Shown here one piece after another: positions 1-10,783 of a stretch of DNA of 32,000 nt (its first letter is position 1; every line of letters starts with the position of its first letter). The notes below the pieces were generated by a model that did not search any database, was not told where the DNA came from, and was given only the letters and a program-made list of their open reading frames with translations. Source of the stretch: an uncultured Clostridia bacterium (lineage in GTDB: Bacteria; Bacillota; Clostridia; Lachnospirales; CAG-274); contig CANQIA010000003.1 in NCBI GenBank assembly GCA_947624015.1, positions 101,541-133,540 of the forward strand, in the 5' to 3' direction. Both the position numbers and the translations under genes were made by a program.

Positions 1-1
1 A

Positions 2-973
2 GCAACCGTAAAAAGCGGTAAACAAGATTACGTATTTACAATTTCTCAACCACCTATACTTGGCGGACTACTTGGTGTCATTGGTAAATGGATCAAACAT
101 GCTAAAATGATTTATTGTATACAAGATTTTAATCCAGAGCAAATAATGGCGGTTGGCTACAGTAATAATAACTTGTTATTGAAGTTTTTAATGTTTATTG
201 ACAAGTTTTGTTGCCGTCGTTCTAATTTAGTCATAACAGTTGGAAGAGACCTGGTTGAAACTTTGAAACAGCGTTTTAACAATAAGAACGTACCTAAACA
301 CATAATGATAAACAACTGGATAGATGAGAAGCAAATTTATCCATTAGATATTATGGATAAAGGAGTACAGGAATTCAAAGCAAAATATGGTCTGCTTGAT
401 AAATATGTAATTATGTATTCGGGTAATTTGGGCTTGTTTTATGACCTAATTAATCTTCTAAAAGTAATTGAAAAATTTAAACCGAAAACCAAAACATCGG
501 ATGGTAGAGAGGTCGTATTTGCTTTTGTCGGAGCAGGAGCAGTAATGGAAGATATGAAGTTATATGTAAAGGAACACAACATGAATAACGTAGTATTTAT
601 TCCGTATCAAAGCAAGGATAGGTTAATTTATAGTCTGAATGCAGCCGATGTGCATTGGTGTGTTAATGCTAAAGGTATAAAAGGGGTGTCATGTCCTTCT
701 AAGTTTTATTCATTAATTGCTTGTAATAAGCCAATTTTAGGCGTATTAGAAAAAAATTCCGAAATAAGGTTACTTATAGAGGAAATTGGGTGTGGTCTGG
801 TATGCGAACCGGAAGATTATAATGTTATTGAAAAAAACATACAATGGCTTATTGATAATGCAGATAACGGTAAAGTACAGGCGTTAGGTAGTACAGGTCG
901 AAAATACCTTGAAAAAAATCTTTCTAAAAATAAAAGTATAAATAAATATATTGATACTATTAAAGCAATATAA
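2..973 (+). CDS. GT4-like glycosyltransferase, 5'-truncated by the window edge
   Basis: The listed ORF starts at 107, but the same frame is open back to base 2 (ATVKSGKQDYVFTISQPPILGGLLGVIGKWIKHAKMIYCIQDFNPEQ...). GT-B style features include NWIDEKQIYP and YVIMYSGNLG. Confidence 0.85.
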   Translation, partial: ATVKSGKQDYVFTISQPPILGGLLGVIGKWIKHAKMIYCIQDFNPEQIMAVGYSNNNLLLKFLMFIDKFCCRRSNLVITVGRDLVETLKQRFNNKNVPKHIMINNWIDEKQIYPLDIMDKGVQEFKAKYGLLDKYVIMYSGNLGLFYDLINLLKVIEKFKPKTKTSDGREVVFAFVGAGAVMEDMKLYVKEHNMNNVVFIPYQSKDRLIYSLNAADVHWCVNAKGIKGVSCPSKFYSLIACNKPILGVLEKNSEIRLLIEEIGCGLVCEPEDYNVIEKNIQWLIDNADNGKVQALGSTGRKYLEKNLSKNKSINKYIDTIKAI

Positions 974-1002
974 AACTATTTTGAAAAATTGCGGGAGTGC
1001 AT

Positions 1003-2091
1003 ATGGACAAGAAGAAAATATGCTTTATAGCACAATTTCCACCGCCTTTACATGGTTTATCAAAGGCGGTAGATACTTTATATAATTCAAAATTATTAAA
1101 TAAATTCACATTAGAGAAAATTAACATTGCTGATAATAAAAAGATACTAATGAATTTGCTGCTGATATATAAAAGTAATGCCGATTTATTTTATTTTACT
1201 ATAAGTCAAACAAGGCTTGGAAATCTAAGGGATTTATTGATATTAAATCTGTTAAATATACAACACAAAAAATGCCTTATTCATCTTCATGGCGGTTATT
1301 ATAGAAAGCTGATAGATAATGATATTCCTAAATGGCAAAGAAAGGCTAATATCAAAGCTTTAAAAAATCTGGAGGGAACAATAGTTTTGGGGGAATCTCT
1401 TAAATCTATATTTAAGGATTTGATACCTGATAATAAGATATATGTTGTACCTAATTGCGTAGATAATGAATATTTGATGTCTGACAAGGAATTTGATTTA
1501 AAAATAATCGATATGAAAAAAAAGAAAATAAAGCATATCCTTTATTTATCCAATTTTATAGCTTCAAAGGGTTATCCTGAAGTTCTCAGAATGGCTGCTA
1601 TTGAAAAAAACCGTTGTCAATTAGGCAAGGAGAAAGAATTTCATTTCGATTTTGCCGGTGCCTTTTTTGATAAAAATGAGGAAAAATTCTTTTTTTCTTA
1701 TATAAGAGAAAATAAGCTTGAAGATTATGTCACATACCATGGTATTGTTACAGGAGATAGAAAACGTCAACTTTTACATGATAGCGATATTTTTATATTA
1801 TTGACTCGGTATCCAAATGAAGGACAACCTATATCTATTCTTGAAGCGATGGGCAATGGGCTGGCTGTTATCACAACAGATCATGCAGGTATTCCCGATA
1901 TTGTTAGGGAAAATATTAATGGAATTGTAATTAAAAATAAAAAAGATATAGCGGAAAACGTATATAAAAGAATGAAGCAGATTGAATACAAACAATTTGC
2001 TAATAATAATAGAAAAAGTGTTCTAAAAAAATATACACAAGATATATATGTGAATAATATATATGATCTGTTTTTACAAATTATAAAATAA
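1003..2091 (+). CDS. Glycosyltransferase family 4-like
   Basis: FIAQFPPPLHGLSKAV at the N-terminus and LLTRYPNEGQPISILEAMGNGLAVITTDHAGIPDIV (GT4 C-terminal donor motif). ATG at 1003 is preferred over the GTG at 997. Confidence 0.85.
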   Translation: MDKKKICFIAQFPPPLHGLSKAVDTLYNSKLLNKFTLEKINIADNKKILMNLLLIYKSNADLFYFTISQTRLGNLRDLLILNLLNIQHKKCLIHLHGGYYRKLIDNDIPKWQRKANIKALKNLEGTIVLGESLKSIFKDLIPDNKIYVVPNCVDNEYLMSDKEFDLKIIDMKKKKIKHILYLSNFIASKGYPEVLRMAAIEKNRCQLGKEKEFHFDFAGAFFDKNEEKFFFSYIRENKLEDYVTYHGIVTGDRKRQLLHDSDIFILLTRYPNEGQPISILEAMGNGLAVITTDHAGIPDIVRENINGIVIKNKKDIAENVYKRMKQIEYKQFANNNRKSVLKKYTQDIYVNNIYDLFLQIIK

Positions 2092-2278
2092 ACTTTATAC
2101 TGCATAAATAAAGGAAATGTTTTTGCCAACATATATTTATCCTTGGGTTTATCCAAAATATTTCACTTAAATTATAAATGTAAATAAGGGATTTAATATA
2201 GGTAATGCAACAATACAGAATATCAAAGTTGCAAAAACTACATAAAGAAAGCCAAGCTTTAGGAAAACTGACACCTTA

Positions 2279-3673
2279 TTGCACAAATTACGTTTAATGT
2301 TAAATAAGTTACTAAAATTAGGAGATGATTACTTGAAAGTAAAAAAAAGCTCTTTAATATTCGTAGTTATTTTATTTTCAATGCTGATTTGGTGTAGTTT
2401 TTTTAAAACATCTGCCAGATATGTAAATATAATAGGATTATTAAGTGTAGCAGCAGCATTTTATACTGCATATATTTTGCGCTCAAATACAAGTCTATGT
2501 ATCTGCTTCTTTTTTATTGCCTATTCTATATATAGTATTGTTATTGCCGTATATTTATTTCCGGAATTGCGTCCTGCTTTTTATACACAGTTTCATGATT
2601 TTGATGTATATTGTGCCGGTATGCAATGCATTTTTGTATTTGTATTTGTACTTCTGATATTAATAAAAAATAGTAACTTAGAAAAAACTATATATTTGCA
2701 AACACATAAATTGACCCAAATAAATAACAACACAATACAAAATGATTCTATAGTTTTAGGCTGTGTGCTTGCTATAATTATAATTTCAGTAACTAATATT
2801 AAATTGGGAGATTTTAGTGAACGGTTTCGTATTACACCATTATATGAATACAGAATAATTTTTTTTATAATCGGAATGATTTATAGCGGAAAAAATTTGT
2901 TATGGAAAAGATTATGGCTGGTTTTAACAATTATCTCGTGTTTTATTGCATTTATAGGGGGCAATAGGGCAGATGCTATACCATTGCCTATTGCATATGT
3001 ATATTTTTACTACAACAGGCTTAATCCAAAAAATTTATTTATTGGATTGATTGGCGCAATTATTATAATGATTTCGGTAGGAACTTTTAGACAGAATATT
3101 CTTAGGGGCGATTTTGCTTTCTCGATTTTGTTTCAAAAGATTTTAAATGAAAAACTTACATTTGATACTTCATACTGGGCATATGTACCAGCTATGGCAG
3201 CAATATCCTTATCAAACAAAACGCCACTGGCAAAAAAAGTTCAGTTATTTTGGGGACAAATAAAATATATATTTGGCGGAAGTCGATATAACGATTTTAG
3301 ACTTGTTTTTTATACAAAATTATTTTTTGCCCATACAAATGGATTTGTCTCTCCTTTATATTTCTACTTTTGGTTCGGACTATGGGGCGCGGTAATTTTT
3401 GCTTTGTTAGTGTATGCGTATGTTAGATGTATATATGTAGTGCAATATAATAATGGAAAATTTAAAAAAGGAAATCAAAATATAAATAAAGCACTTTCCG
3501 CATATTTTGTGTCCTCAGTTCCCAGATGGTTTTTATATGAACCATTTGGGTTATTAAGAGGGGAAATGATAACTCTTATCGTTGCCCTTATAGCGGGGAT
3601 TATAAATTCATTGATGAGTCGCAATATTGTTGGTCAATCTGATTTGAAAACTTCCAATAGTGTCGATTTATAG
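2279..3673 (+). CDS. Oligosaccharide repeat-unit polymerase (Wzy-like), multi-TM membrane protein
   Basis: Many hydrophobic segments, position inside the polysaccharide locus, and the central motif FIGGNRADAIPLPIAYVYFYYNR. The start may be the ATG at 2297. Confidence 0.7.
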   Translation: MHKLRLMLNKLLKLGDDYLKVKKSSLIFVVILFSMLIWCSFFKTSARYVNIIGLLSVAAAFYTAYILRSNTSLCICFFFIAYSIYSIVIAVYLFPELRPAFYTQFHDFDVYCAGMQCIFVFVFVLLILIKNSNLEKTIYLQTHKLTQINNNTIQNDSIVLGCVLAIIIISVTNIKLGDFSERFRITPLYEYRIIFFIIGMIYSGKNLLWKRLWLVLTIISCFIAFIGGNRADAIPLPIAYVYFYYNRLNPKNLFIGLIGAIIIMISVGTFRQNILRGDFAFSILFQKILNEKLTFDTSYWAYVPAMAAISLSNKTPLAKKVQLFWGQIKYIFGGSRYNDFRLVFYTKLFFAHTNGFVSPLYFYFWFGLWGAVIFALLVYAYVRCIYVVQYNNGKFKKGNQNINKALSAYFVSSVPRWFLYEPFGLLRGEMITLIVALIAGIINSLMSRNIVGQSDLKTSNSVDL

Positions 3674-3787
3674 ACAAAAATTTAATTAGTATCGGTTTAA
3701 CTGCCATACAAGGTTTTTCTATGTCTAATGTCAACACTAATATATTTTTGCTATATTGCAAATTTAATCGAAAGGATGATATTTAAA

Positions 3788-4780
3788 ATGAAAAGTATTT
3801 TGGTCACAGGCGGTTGTGGAATGATAGGATCTAATTTAGTTAAACGTCTTGTGAAAAATGGTTGGGATGTGTATGTAGCAGATAATTTATGGAGAGGAAA
3901 GATTGAGTATCTTAATGATGAAAATGGTAAACCCGTTATAGATATAAATACACATTTTTTTAAAAAAGACTTAACCATATATAAAGATACAAGTGAGGTT
4001 ATTGGAGTTACAGATTATATAGTTCATCTTGCAGATGTTGTAGCAGGAATTGATTATGTGTTTAAGAATCAAGGCGAATTATTCAGAATAAACAATTTAA
4101 TTAATTCCAATGTTTTTGATTGTTGCAGAAAAGCCGGAAAAGAAAAAATCAAAGGACTTATTTATGCAGGTACTGTTTGCAGCTTTCCGCTGACACGACA
4201 AAATATATTAAATCCGGAACCTCTTAGAGAAGATGAGTTATTCCCTGCTCTTCCCGAATCGGCTTATGGATGGAGCAAACTGATGGGACAATTAGAAATT
4301 GGGTATTTGGAAAAAGAAACCAACATACCATGTTGCACATTAATGTTTCATAATGTTTATGGTACACCAACAGATTTTGGTATAAGAAGCCAAGTAATAC
4401 CCGCCTTGATACGTAAGGCAGTTAATTATCCGAACGAAGAATTTGTTGTTTGGGGAAGTGGCAAACAAGGAAGGGCATTTATACATGTAAATGATGTTGT
4501 AAACGCTCTTGTATTAGCATTAGAAAAAGGATGGGGTCATGGATATATTCAAATTGGTCCCCCCAATTGTACATCTATAAAAGAAATTGCTGAAAAAATA
4601 ATTGAGATATCCAATAAAAAGATTACACCATTTTATGACGTTACAAAGCCTGAAGGGGACAAGGCTCGCTGTGCAGATTACAGTAAGGCAAAAACAATTT
4701 TAGGCTGGGAACCGATAATTTCTCTTGAAGATGGTTTGCGAGAATCATATAAATGGATTAGTAAACAAATAAAAAGGTAA
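3788..4780 (+). CDS. NAD-dependent epimerase/dehydratase (extended SDR)
   Basis: MKSILVTGGCGMIGSNLVKRL Rossmann motif and YGWSKLMGQLE (YxxxK). ATG at 3788 follows a GAAAGGATG-like RBS; the ORF track extends it to 3728. Confidence 0.85.
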   Translation: MKSILVTGGCGMIGSNLVKRLVKNGWDVYVADNLWRGKIEYLNDENGKPVIDINTHFFKKDLTIYKDTSEVIGVTDYIVHLADVVAGIDYVFKNQGELFRINNLINSNVFDCCRKAGKEKIKGLIYAGTVCSFPLTRQNILNPEPLREDELFPALPESAYGWSKLMGQLEIGYLEKETNIPCCTLMFHNVYGTPTDFGIRSQVIPALIRKAVNYPNEEFVVWGSGKQGRAFIHVNDVVNALVLALEKGWGHGYIQIGPPNCTSIKEIAEKIIEISNKKITPFYDVTKPEGDKARCADYSKAKTILGWEPIISLEDGLRESYKWISKQIKR

Positions 4781-4784
4781 AAAT

Positions 4785-5852
4785 ATGAAAGTATTATATA
4801 TTGATATATCAATAACAGGTCATCATGTTCCTTATTTAAAGGCATTAAGCAATAAAGAAAACGAAAATATATATATAATACCAAAACATGTTGATGATTT
4901 ATTAGGCAAAATACATATTGTTCCATATGCGAAACAGGATATAGTTTCATTTTATAAGTGGTATTTCAAGATCCTGAAGATAATAAAACAGGAAAATCCC
5001 GATATTATTCACTTTGCTTTTGCAGATGTATTGATTAAAACTTTTGGTATTGGATTAGGATTGATAAAAAAATATAAAATAGTTTGTTCATTTCATAGGA
5101 TGGATAATAATACTTTCAAAAATTTTTCTCGAAATATAATAGCAAACAAAGTTGATATCGTGACTACGCATGTTCTAGGATCAGAGGAGCTTTTTACCGC
5201 AAGAAACCAAAAGAAATGTCACTTTGTTCCATATCCGTCTACACTTGAAGCATATTATTGCTCAACTAAAGAAGCAAGACAAAAGCTTAATATCAATACC
5301 AGCTATCCGGTTATTGCTGTTGTAGGAATAATGTCACAATATAAAAATCTCGATATTTTGTTTAAAGCACTTGAGAATGTGATATTACCATTTTATTTAA
5401 TAATAGCTGGAAAACCATCATATTATTCCGAAACATATTTGAATGATAAAGTTAGTAAATTAAAATCAATAAAAAAAGATAAATTTGATGCTACATTAAT
5501 ATTAAGGTATATTAGCGACGAGGAATTTGTGCAATGCATATCTGCTTCGGATATCATAGCTGTTAACTATTCCAAATCCTTCGAGGGAACCAGCGGACCA
5601 ATGACAGAAGGTATAAGGTTGAAAAAAACTATAATTGGCAGTAGTCACAGCAATATAGGGCATTACATAGCCAAGTATAATATAGGTTATAGTTGTGATG
5701 CAGATGATACAGATGCTCTTGCGGAAATTTTTGAAAAAGCATTGAAAAAACCAATTAAATATACAAATATTGCAGATGAATTAATTAAAATGCAGTCAGC
5801 AGAAGGTTTTAGGAAAGAAATTAGTGTTATATATAAATCGTTAAAAAATTGA
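4785..5852 (+). CDS. Glycosyltransferase family 4-like
   Basis: Begins 4 bp after the SDR gene. IVCSFHRMDN, VGIMSQYKNLDILFKALENV and EGTSGPMTEGIRLKKTIIGS are GT4-like. Confidence 0.8.
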   Translation: MKVLYIDISITGHHVPYLKALSNKENENIYIIPKHVDDLLGKIHIVPYAKQDIVSFYKWYFKILKIIKQENPDIIHFAFADVLIKTFGIGLGLIKKYKIVCSFHRMDNNTFKNFSRNIIANKVDIVTTHVLGSEELFTARNQKKCHFVPYPSTLEAYYCSTKEARQKLNINTSYPVIAVVGIMSQYKNLDILFKALENVILPFYLIIAGKPSYYSETYLNDKVSKLKSIKKDKFDATLILRYISDEEFVQCISASDIIAVNYSKSFEGTSGPMTEGIRLKKTIIGSSHSNIGHYIAKYNIGYSCDADDTDALAEIFEKALKKPIKYTNIADELIKMQSAEGFRKEISVIYKSLKN

Positions 5853-6179
5853 TATTTTTGATTTTATCAAAGCTCATGTTTTGAAACATATTTATTTTTC
5901 CGAAATTTGTATAAAGAAGATGGTAATAAATAGGTTTGGCGTGTGATCAGGTAACTAAGAATTTTTTCCATTACATTATTATAAGCATATATTTGGTCAA
6001 TGTTGCCATAATTTCTATATTAAAACCGGTGCAAAATAATTTGCTATGATGGTTAATATCCGATCACGCTTGTATCTGCAACGCAAAAATATATATATCT
6101 TATACATATAATATAAAATTGCAATGTAAAAATAGATGTAAAACTTAAAATTTATAACATCTCACAAAGGAGTAAAAAC

Positions 6180-7121
6180 ATGGAAAAATATGACATATTA
6201 ATTATGGTAACAGAAAAAGACTTAAATGTTTTAAAAATGATGTTGCCATATTGCAAAAAAAATATAGATTCAAAACGGATATGTATTGTAGCAAACAAAA
6301 AAATAAAGCAAAAAGTATGCGAAATAGAAGACATAACATTTATAGATGAAGATACAGTATATGATGGTATGACATTGGATTCTGTAGCAGATATTATTGA
6401 AAACATATGCAATGAAAGAAAGCGTGCAGGATGGTATCTTCAGCAGTTCCTGAAATTAGCTTGGGCATATAAGTGTCAAGACAAAAGATACATTGTGTTG
6501 GATTCTGATACTTTTCCATTAAATAAAATTGAATTTATTGATGATAATGGGATTTGCTTATTTACAAAAAAAGTGGAATATCACAAACCGTATTTTGATA
6601 CACTAAAGAAACTTTTTGACGGAACTGTTTCTAGGGAAAGAGATTTTTCATTTGTGGCAGAACATATGATATTTGAATGTGAATATGTAAAAGAGCTTAT
6701 TAAAAAAATAGAGGGGAACAAGAATCTTATAGGTAATACATTTTATGAAAAAATATTAAGAGCAATAAATAAAGACGATTTGCTAAAATCGGGATTCAGC
6801 GAATTTGAAACATATGGTAATTATATGCTTGTATATCATCCTGAAAGTGTTCATATACGCAGCCTACGTACTCAGAGAGAAGCAATGGTACTCATAGGAA
6901 GTCATCCCACATTGGCTCAGCTTGAATGGGCTTCAAAAGATTATGATCTGATTTCAATAGAGGGGGATTATTGCAACAATAGCTTAATGATAAAACTTTC
7001 TTCTTCAGCCATTATAAGAAAAATATTCAAATTAAAAACCTTTGCTAGAATAAGAAGTAGAATTCGTACAGTATATAGAAAATTAACAAAAAAGCAAGAC
7101 TTCAAACTAGAAGACAATTAA
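6180..7121 (+). CDS. DUF6492-like / glycosyltransferase-like protein
   Basis: AGWYLQQFLKLAWAYKCQDKRYIVLDSDTFPL contains a DSD motif, like GT-A-type transferases. Located directly upstream of wzx. Confidence 0.6.
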   Translation: MEKYDILIMVTEKDLNVLKMMLPYCKKNIDSKRICIVANKKIKQKVCEIEDITFIDEDTVYDGMTLDSVADIIENICNERKRAGWYLQQFLKLAWAYKCQDKRYIVLDSDTFPLNKIEFIDDNGICLFTKKVEYHKPYFDTLKKLFDGTVSRERDFSFVAEHMIFECEYVKELIKKIEGNKNLIGNTFYEKILRAINKDDLLKSGFSEFETYGNYMLVYHPESVHIRSLRTQREAMVLIGSHPTLAQLEWASKDYDLISIEGDYCNNSLMIKLSSSAIIRKIFKLKTFARIRSRIRTVYRKLTKKQDFKLEDN

Positions 7122-7137
7122 AAAAGGAGCTTATGCT

Positions 7138-8658
7138 ATGGAACGAAGCAAAAAAGCACTAAAAAATGTAACAACAGGCATTCTGAATAAGATGTTAATA
7201 ATGCTGTTTGCTTTTGCTTCACGAACGGTTTTTATAAAAACACTTGGGGCAGAATATACAGGTATAAGCAGTCTATATACAAATATTCTTTCAATGCTTT
7301 CCCTTGCGGAACTTGGTCTTGGAAATGTATTATCATTTTACTTGTATTCTGCTCTTAGAAAAAATGATAAGGAAGAAATACGGGGGCTTATTAAAGAATT
7401 TAGACACATATATTTTTTGATCATTCTACTTATTTTTATATTTGGTATTGCTATAATTCCATTTATAAGTATTATGGTCAAAAGTAATATTAGCAGTCGT
7501 GAATTAATATTGTACTATATCCTTTATCTTATTAATTCATTGGCATCATATTTTGTTGTATACAGAACAATGGTCATTTCTGCCGATCAGAAAAGTTATG
7601 TATCCAACATATGTCATACATTTACAACTATGGTCATGTATGTTCTGCAAGTCCTTTATTTGCTGATATTTCACGATTTTTTAGGATATTTGATAATACA
7701 GGTAATGTGTACCATAGGTCATAATTTAATAATGAATCACATTGCATGCGTAAAATATCCATATCTGGTCAATTTAAAGAACACAACTGCAATCCTTATA
7801 GATAAGCGAAGTTTATTTAAAAATATAAAAGCAACATTTATATTTAAAGTGTCGGACACAATATTGGATCAGACAGATAACATTATCATTTCAATTATGT
7901 TTGGAACCGTTTTTGTGGGATTTTATTCTAATTACTATATGATTATTGTTTATCTTTGTAACATTGCAGCTATTATTGCTAATGGTCTGGTTGCAGGATT
8001 TGGAAATCTAGTAGCAGAAGCAAATAAAGAAAAAAATTATTCCATGTTTAAAAGTTCCATGCTTTTGTTCTCTGTATTTGGTACTTTTTCTACAGTTTGT
8101 TATTTTTGTCTTATACAGGATTTTATAAGAATATGGATTGGACAGCAATACATTATGAATTATGGTCTTATAGTAGCAATACTGACAGTGTTTTATTTGC
8201 GCATGGTTACAAATACTGTATGGATATATCGTATTGCCATGGGATTATTTAAAGAAGTTCAATACATAAACTTTATTGCAGCATTATTAAATATTATATT
8301 ATCAATAGCTTTAGGTAGGCTAATAGGTATGTCCGGAGTAATTTTAGCGACTGCTGTATCCAGATTACTCACATCATTTTGGTATGAAGGACAAGTAGTT
8401 TTTAAAAAATTTAATAAACCAGTTAAAATATACTATTTTAAACAGGCTAAAGACTTGTTTATTGCAGCCATTATTATATCAATATCATTTTTTTTAACAT
8501 CCCAAATAACATACGAAGGATTTGCGGTGTTGATAATTAAATTATTAATATGCGTGATTGTTACATTTACCATAGAAATTCTATTTAACTACAATACAGA
8601 AGAGGGACAAACACTAAAAAATAAAATTTTAATCGGAATAAAATCGAAGCACAAATAA
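7138..8658 (+). CDS. Polysaccharide flippase (Wzx / MATE-like)
   Basis: About 12 to 14 predicted TM segments. N-terminus MLIMLFAFASRTVFIKTLGAEYTGISSLYTNILSMLSLAELGLG is typical of Firmicutes Wzx transporters. Confidence 0.85.
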   Translation: MERSKKALKNVTTGILNKMLIMLFAFASRTVFIKTLGAEYTGISSLYTNILSMLSLAELGLGNVLSFYLYSALRKNDKEEIRGLIKEFRHIYFLIILLIFIFGIAIIPFISIMVKSNISSRELILYYILYLINSLASYFVVYRTMVISADQKSYVSNICHTFTTMVMYVLQVLYLLIFHDFLGYLIIQVMCTIGHNLIMNHIACVKYPYLVNLKNTTAILIDKRSLFKNIKATFIFKVSDTILDQTDNIIISIMFGTVFVGFYSNYYMIIVYLCNIAAIIANGLVAGFGNLVAEANKEKNYSMFKSSMLLFSVFGTFSTVCYFCLIQDFIRIWIGQQYIMNYGLIVAILTVFYLRMVTNTVWIYRIAMGLFKEVQYINFIAALLNIILSIALGRLIGMSGVILATAVSRLLTSFWYEGQVVFKKFNKPVKIYYFKQAKDLFIAAIIISISFFLTSQITYEGFAVLIIKLLICVIVTFTIEILFNYNTEEGQTLKNKILIGIKSKHK

Positions 8659-8749
8659 GAAAAATTTATATAAGTAATGTTTTCGATCAGTAATTAAGAA
8701 AAATATATATTTTACTATCAATATAAAGTCCGAAAAAGGAGAATTACAT

Positions 8750-9799
8750 ATGAAAAAAGCACTGATAACCGGCATTACCGGTCAGGACGGCTCTTATTTA
8801 GCCGAATTTTTAATAGAAAAAGGCTATGATGTACATGGTGTTACTCGCCGTGCATCTATTTCAAATACAGCAAGGATAGATCATCTTATTGCGGATAATT
8901 TAATTACTCTCCATGATGGCGATCTGTCCGATTCATCGTCATTGATGCGTATCATCGCTCTTGTTCAACCTGACGAGATATACAATCTGGCAGCTCAGAG
9001 TCATGTTCAGGTCTCATTTGATGTCCCTGAATATTCGGGAGATATAGACGCATTGGGCTGTCTGAGGATCCTTGAGGCTGTGCGTATACTTGGTATGACT
9101 AAAAAGACTAAAATATATCAGGCTTCCACATCCGAGCTGTACGGCAAAGTTGAGGAAATTCCTCAGAATGAGAATACACACTTTCATCCATACAGCCCCT
9201 ATGCTGTAGCAAAGCAGTATGGCTTCTGGATAACAAAGGAGTACAGAGAAGCTTACGGCGTGTTTGCTGTAAACGGTATTTTGTTTAATCACGAATCCGA
9301 GAGACGTGGCGAAAATTTTGTTACAAGGAAAATAACTCTTGCCGCAGGTCGTATTGCAGAAGGCTTACAAGATTATCTTGAGCTTGGCAATCTTGATTCA
9401 CTTCGGGATTGGGGCTATGCAAAGGATTATGTTGAGTGTATGTGGCTTATTATGCAACAGGACAAGCCCGAGGATTTTGTTATTGCTACCGGCGTACAGC
9501 ATACCGTAAGAGATTTTACGGAAAAAGCTTTTGCCGCTAATGGTATAGCACTTCGCTGGGAAGGTAATGGCATCGATGAAAAGGGTTATGATTCACAAAC
9601 AGGCAAAATGCTTGTATGCGTAAACCCACAATGGTTCAGACCCACCGATGTGGACAACCTTTTGGGCGATCCCACTAAAGCAAGAACTGTTTTGGGTTGG
9701 GATCCGCAAAAAACAAGCTATGAAGAACTTATCAAAATAATGGCTGAACATGACAGAATGCTTGCCAAACGTGAAAAAGCTATGAAAAAATTACAGTAA
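8750..9799 (+). CDS. gmd: GDP-mannose 4,6-dehydratase
   Basis: [61 protein letters not shown]. Confidence 0.97.
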   Translation: MKKALITGITGQDGSYLAEFLIEKGYDVHGVTRRASISNTARIDHLIADNLITLHDGDLSDSSSLMRIIALVQPDEIYNLAAQSHVQVSFDVPEYSGDIDALGCLRILEAVRILGMTKKTKIYQASTSELYGKVEEIPQNENTHFHPYSPYAVAKQYGFWITKEYREAYGVFAVNGILFNHESERRGENFVTRKITLAAGRIAEGLQDYLELGNLDSLRDWGYAKDYVECMWLIMQQDKPEDFVIATGVQHTVRDFTEKAFAANGIALRWEGNGIDEKGYDSQTGKMLVCVNPQWFRPTDVDNLLGDPTKARTVLGWDPQKTSYEELIKIMAEHDRMLAKREKAMKKLQ

Positions 9800-9819
9800 T
9801 ACATAAAGAAGGTAAAATT

Positions 9820-10764
9820 ATGATGGATAAAAATTCTAAGATATATGTAGCAGGTCATAGAGGAATGGTAGGTTCGGCTATTGTAAGAGAGCTTGAAAGA
9901 CAGGGATATACAAATATTATTACGAGGACTCATGCCGAGCTTGATTTATGCAGACAAGCCGATGTCGAGAAATTCTTTTCTGAAGAAAAGCCCGAATATG
10001 TTTTTCTGGCTGCCGCAAAGGTAGGCGGAATTGTTGCCAACCAAAACGCATTGGCAGACTTTATGTACGACAATATGATACTTGAAATGAATGTGATACA
10101 TTCAGCATGGCAGAATGGGTGTAAAAAGCTGGAGTTTTTAGGCTCCTCTTGCATTTATCCTCGTATGGCTCCACAGCCTATGCAGGAAAGCTGTTTGCTC
10201 ACATCGGAGTTGGAAAAGACCAATGAAGCATATGCCCTTGCGAAAATTTCCGGTCTTAAATATTGCGAATTTCTCAACAGACAGTATGGCACCGATTACA
10301 TAAGCGTTATGCCTACTAATCTGTACGGTCCAAATGATAATTATCATCCTGTTCACAGCCATGTACTTCCGGCGCTTATACGTCGCTTCCACGAAGCTAA
10401 GGAACAGGGACTTGGATCTGTGACCTGTTGGGGTGACGGTTCGCCGTTAAGAGAATTTTTGTATGTGGATGACCTTGCTGACCTCTGCGTATTCCTTATG
10501 AATAACTACAGCGGAAATGAAACTGTAAATGCAGGTACAGGCGAGGAGCTTACAATAAAGGAGCTTACAGAGCTTGTGGCTGATGTTATAGGGTATAAAG
10601 GCGAGATCAAGTGGGATACTTCAAAGCCTAACGGTACTCCAAGAAAGCTCCTGGATGTTTCCAAAGCCACAAAATTAGGATGGACATACAAGACGGAATT
10701 AAAAGATGGAATAAAGATGTCCTATGAGGATTTTCTCAATAATCCCATGAGGGCAGAAAGATAA
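9820..10764 (+). CDS. fcl: GDP-L-fucose synthase (GDP-4-keto-6-deoxymannose epimerase/reductase)
   Basis: YVAGHRGMVGSAIVREL, LGSSCIYPRMAPQPMQESCLLTSELEKTNEAYALAKISGLKYCE, MPTNLYGPNDNY. Confidence 0.97.
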   Translation: MMDKNSKIYVAGHRGMVGSAIVRELERQGYTNIITRTHAELDLCRQADVEKFFSEEKPEYVFLAAAKVGGIVANQNALADFMYDNMILEMNVIHSAWQNGCKKLEFLGSSCIYPRMAPQPMQESCLLTSELEKTNEAYALAKISGLKYCEFLNRQYGTDYISVMPTNLYGPNDNYHPVHSHVLPALIRRFHEAKEQGLGSVTCWGDGSPLREFLYVDDLADLCVFLMNNYSGNETVNAGTGEELTIKELTELVADVIGYKGEIKWDTSKPNGTPRKLLDVSKATKLGWTYKTELKDGIKMSYEDFLNNPMRAER

Positions 10765-10783
10765 ATACAGGGAGAGAATGTAT

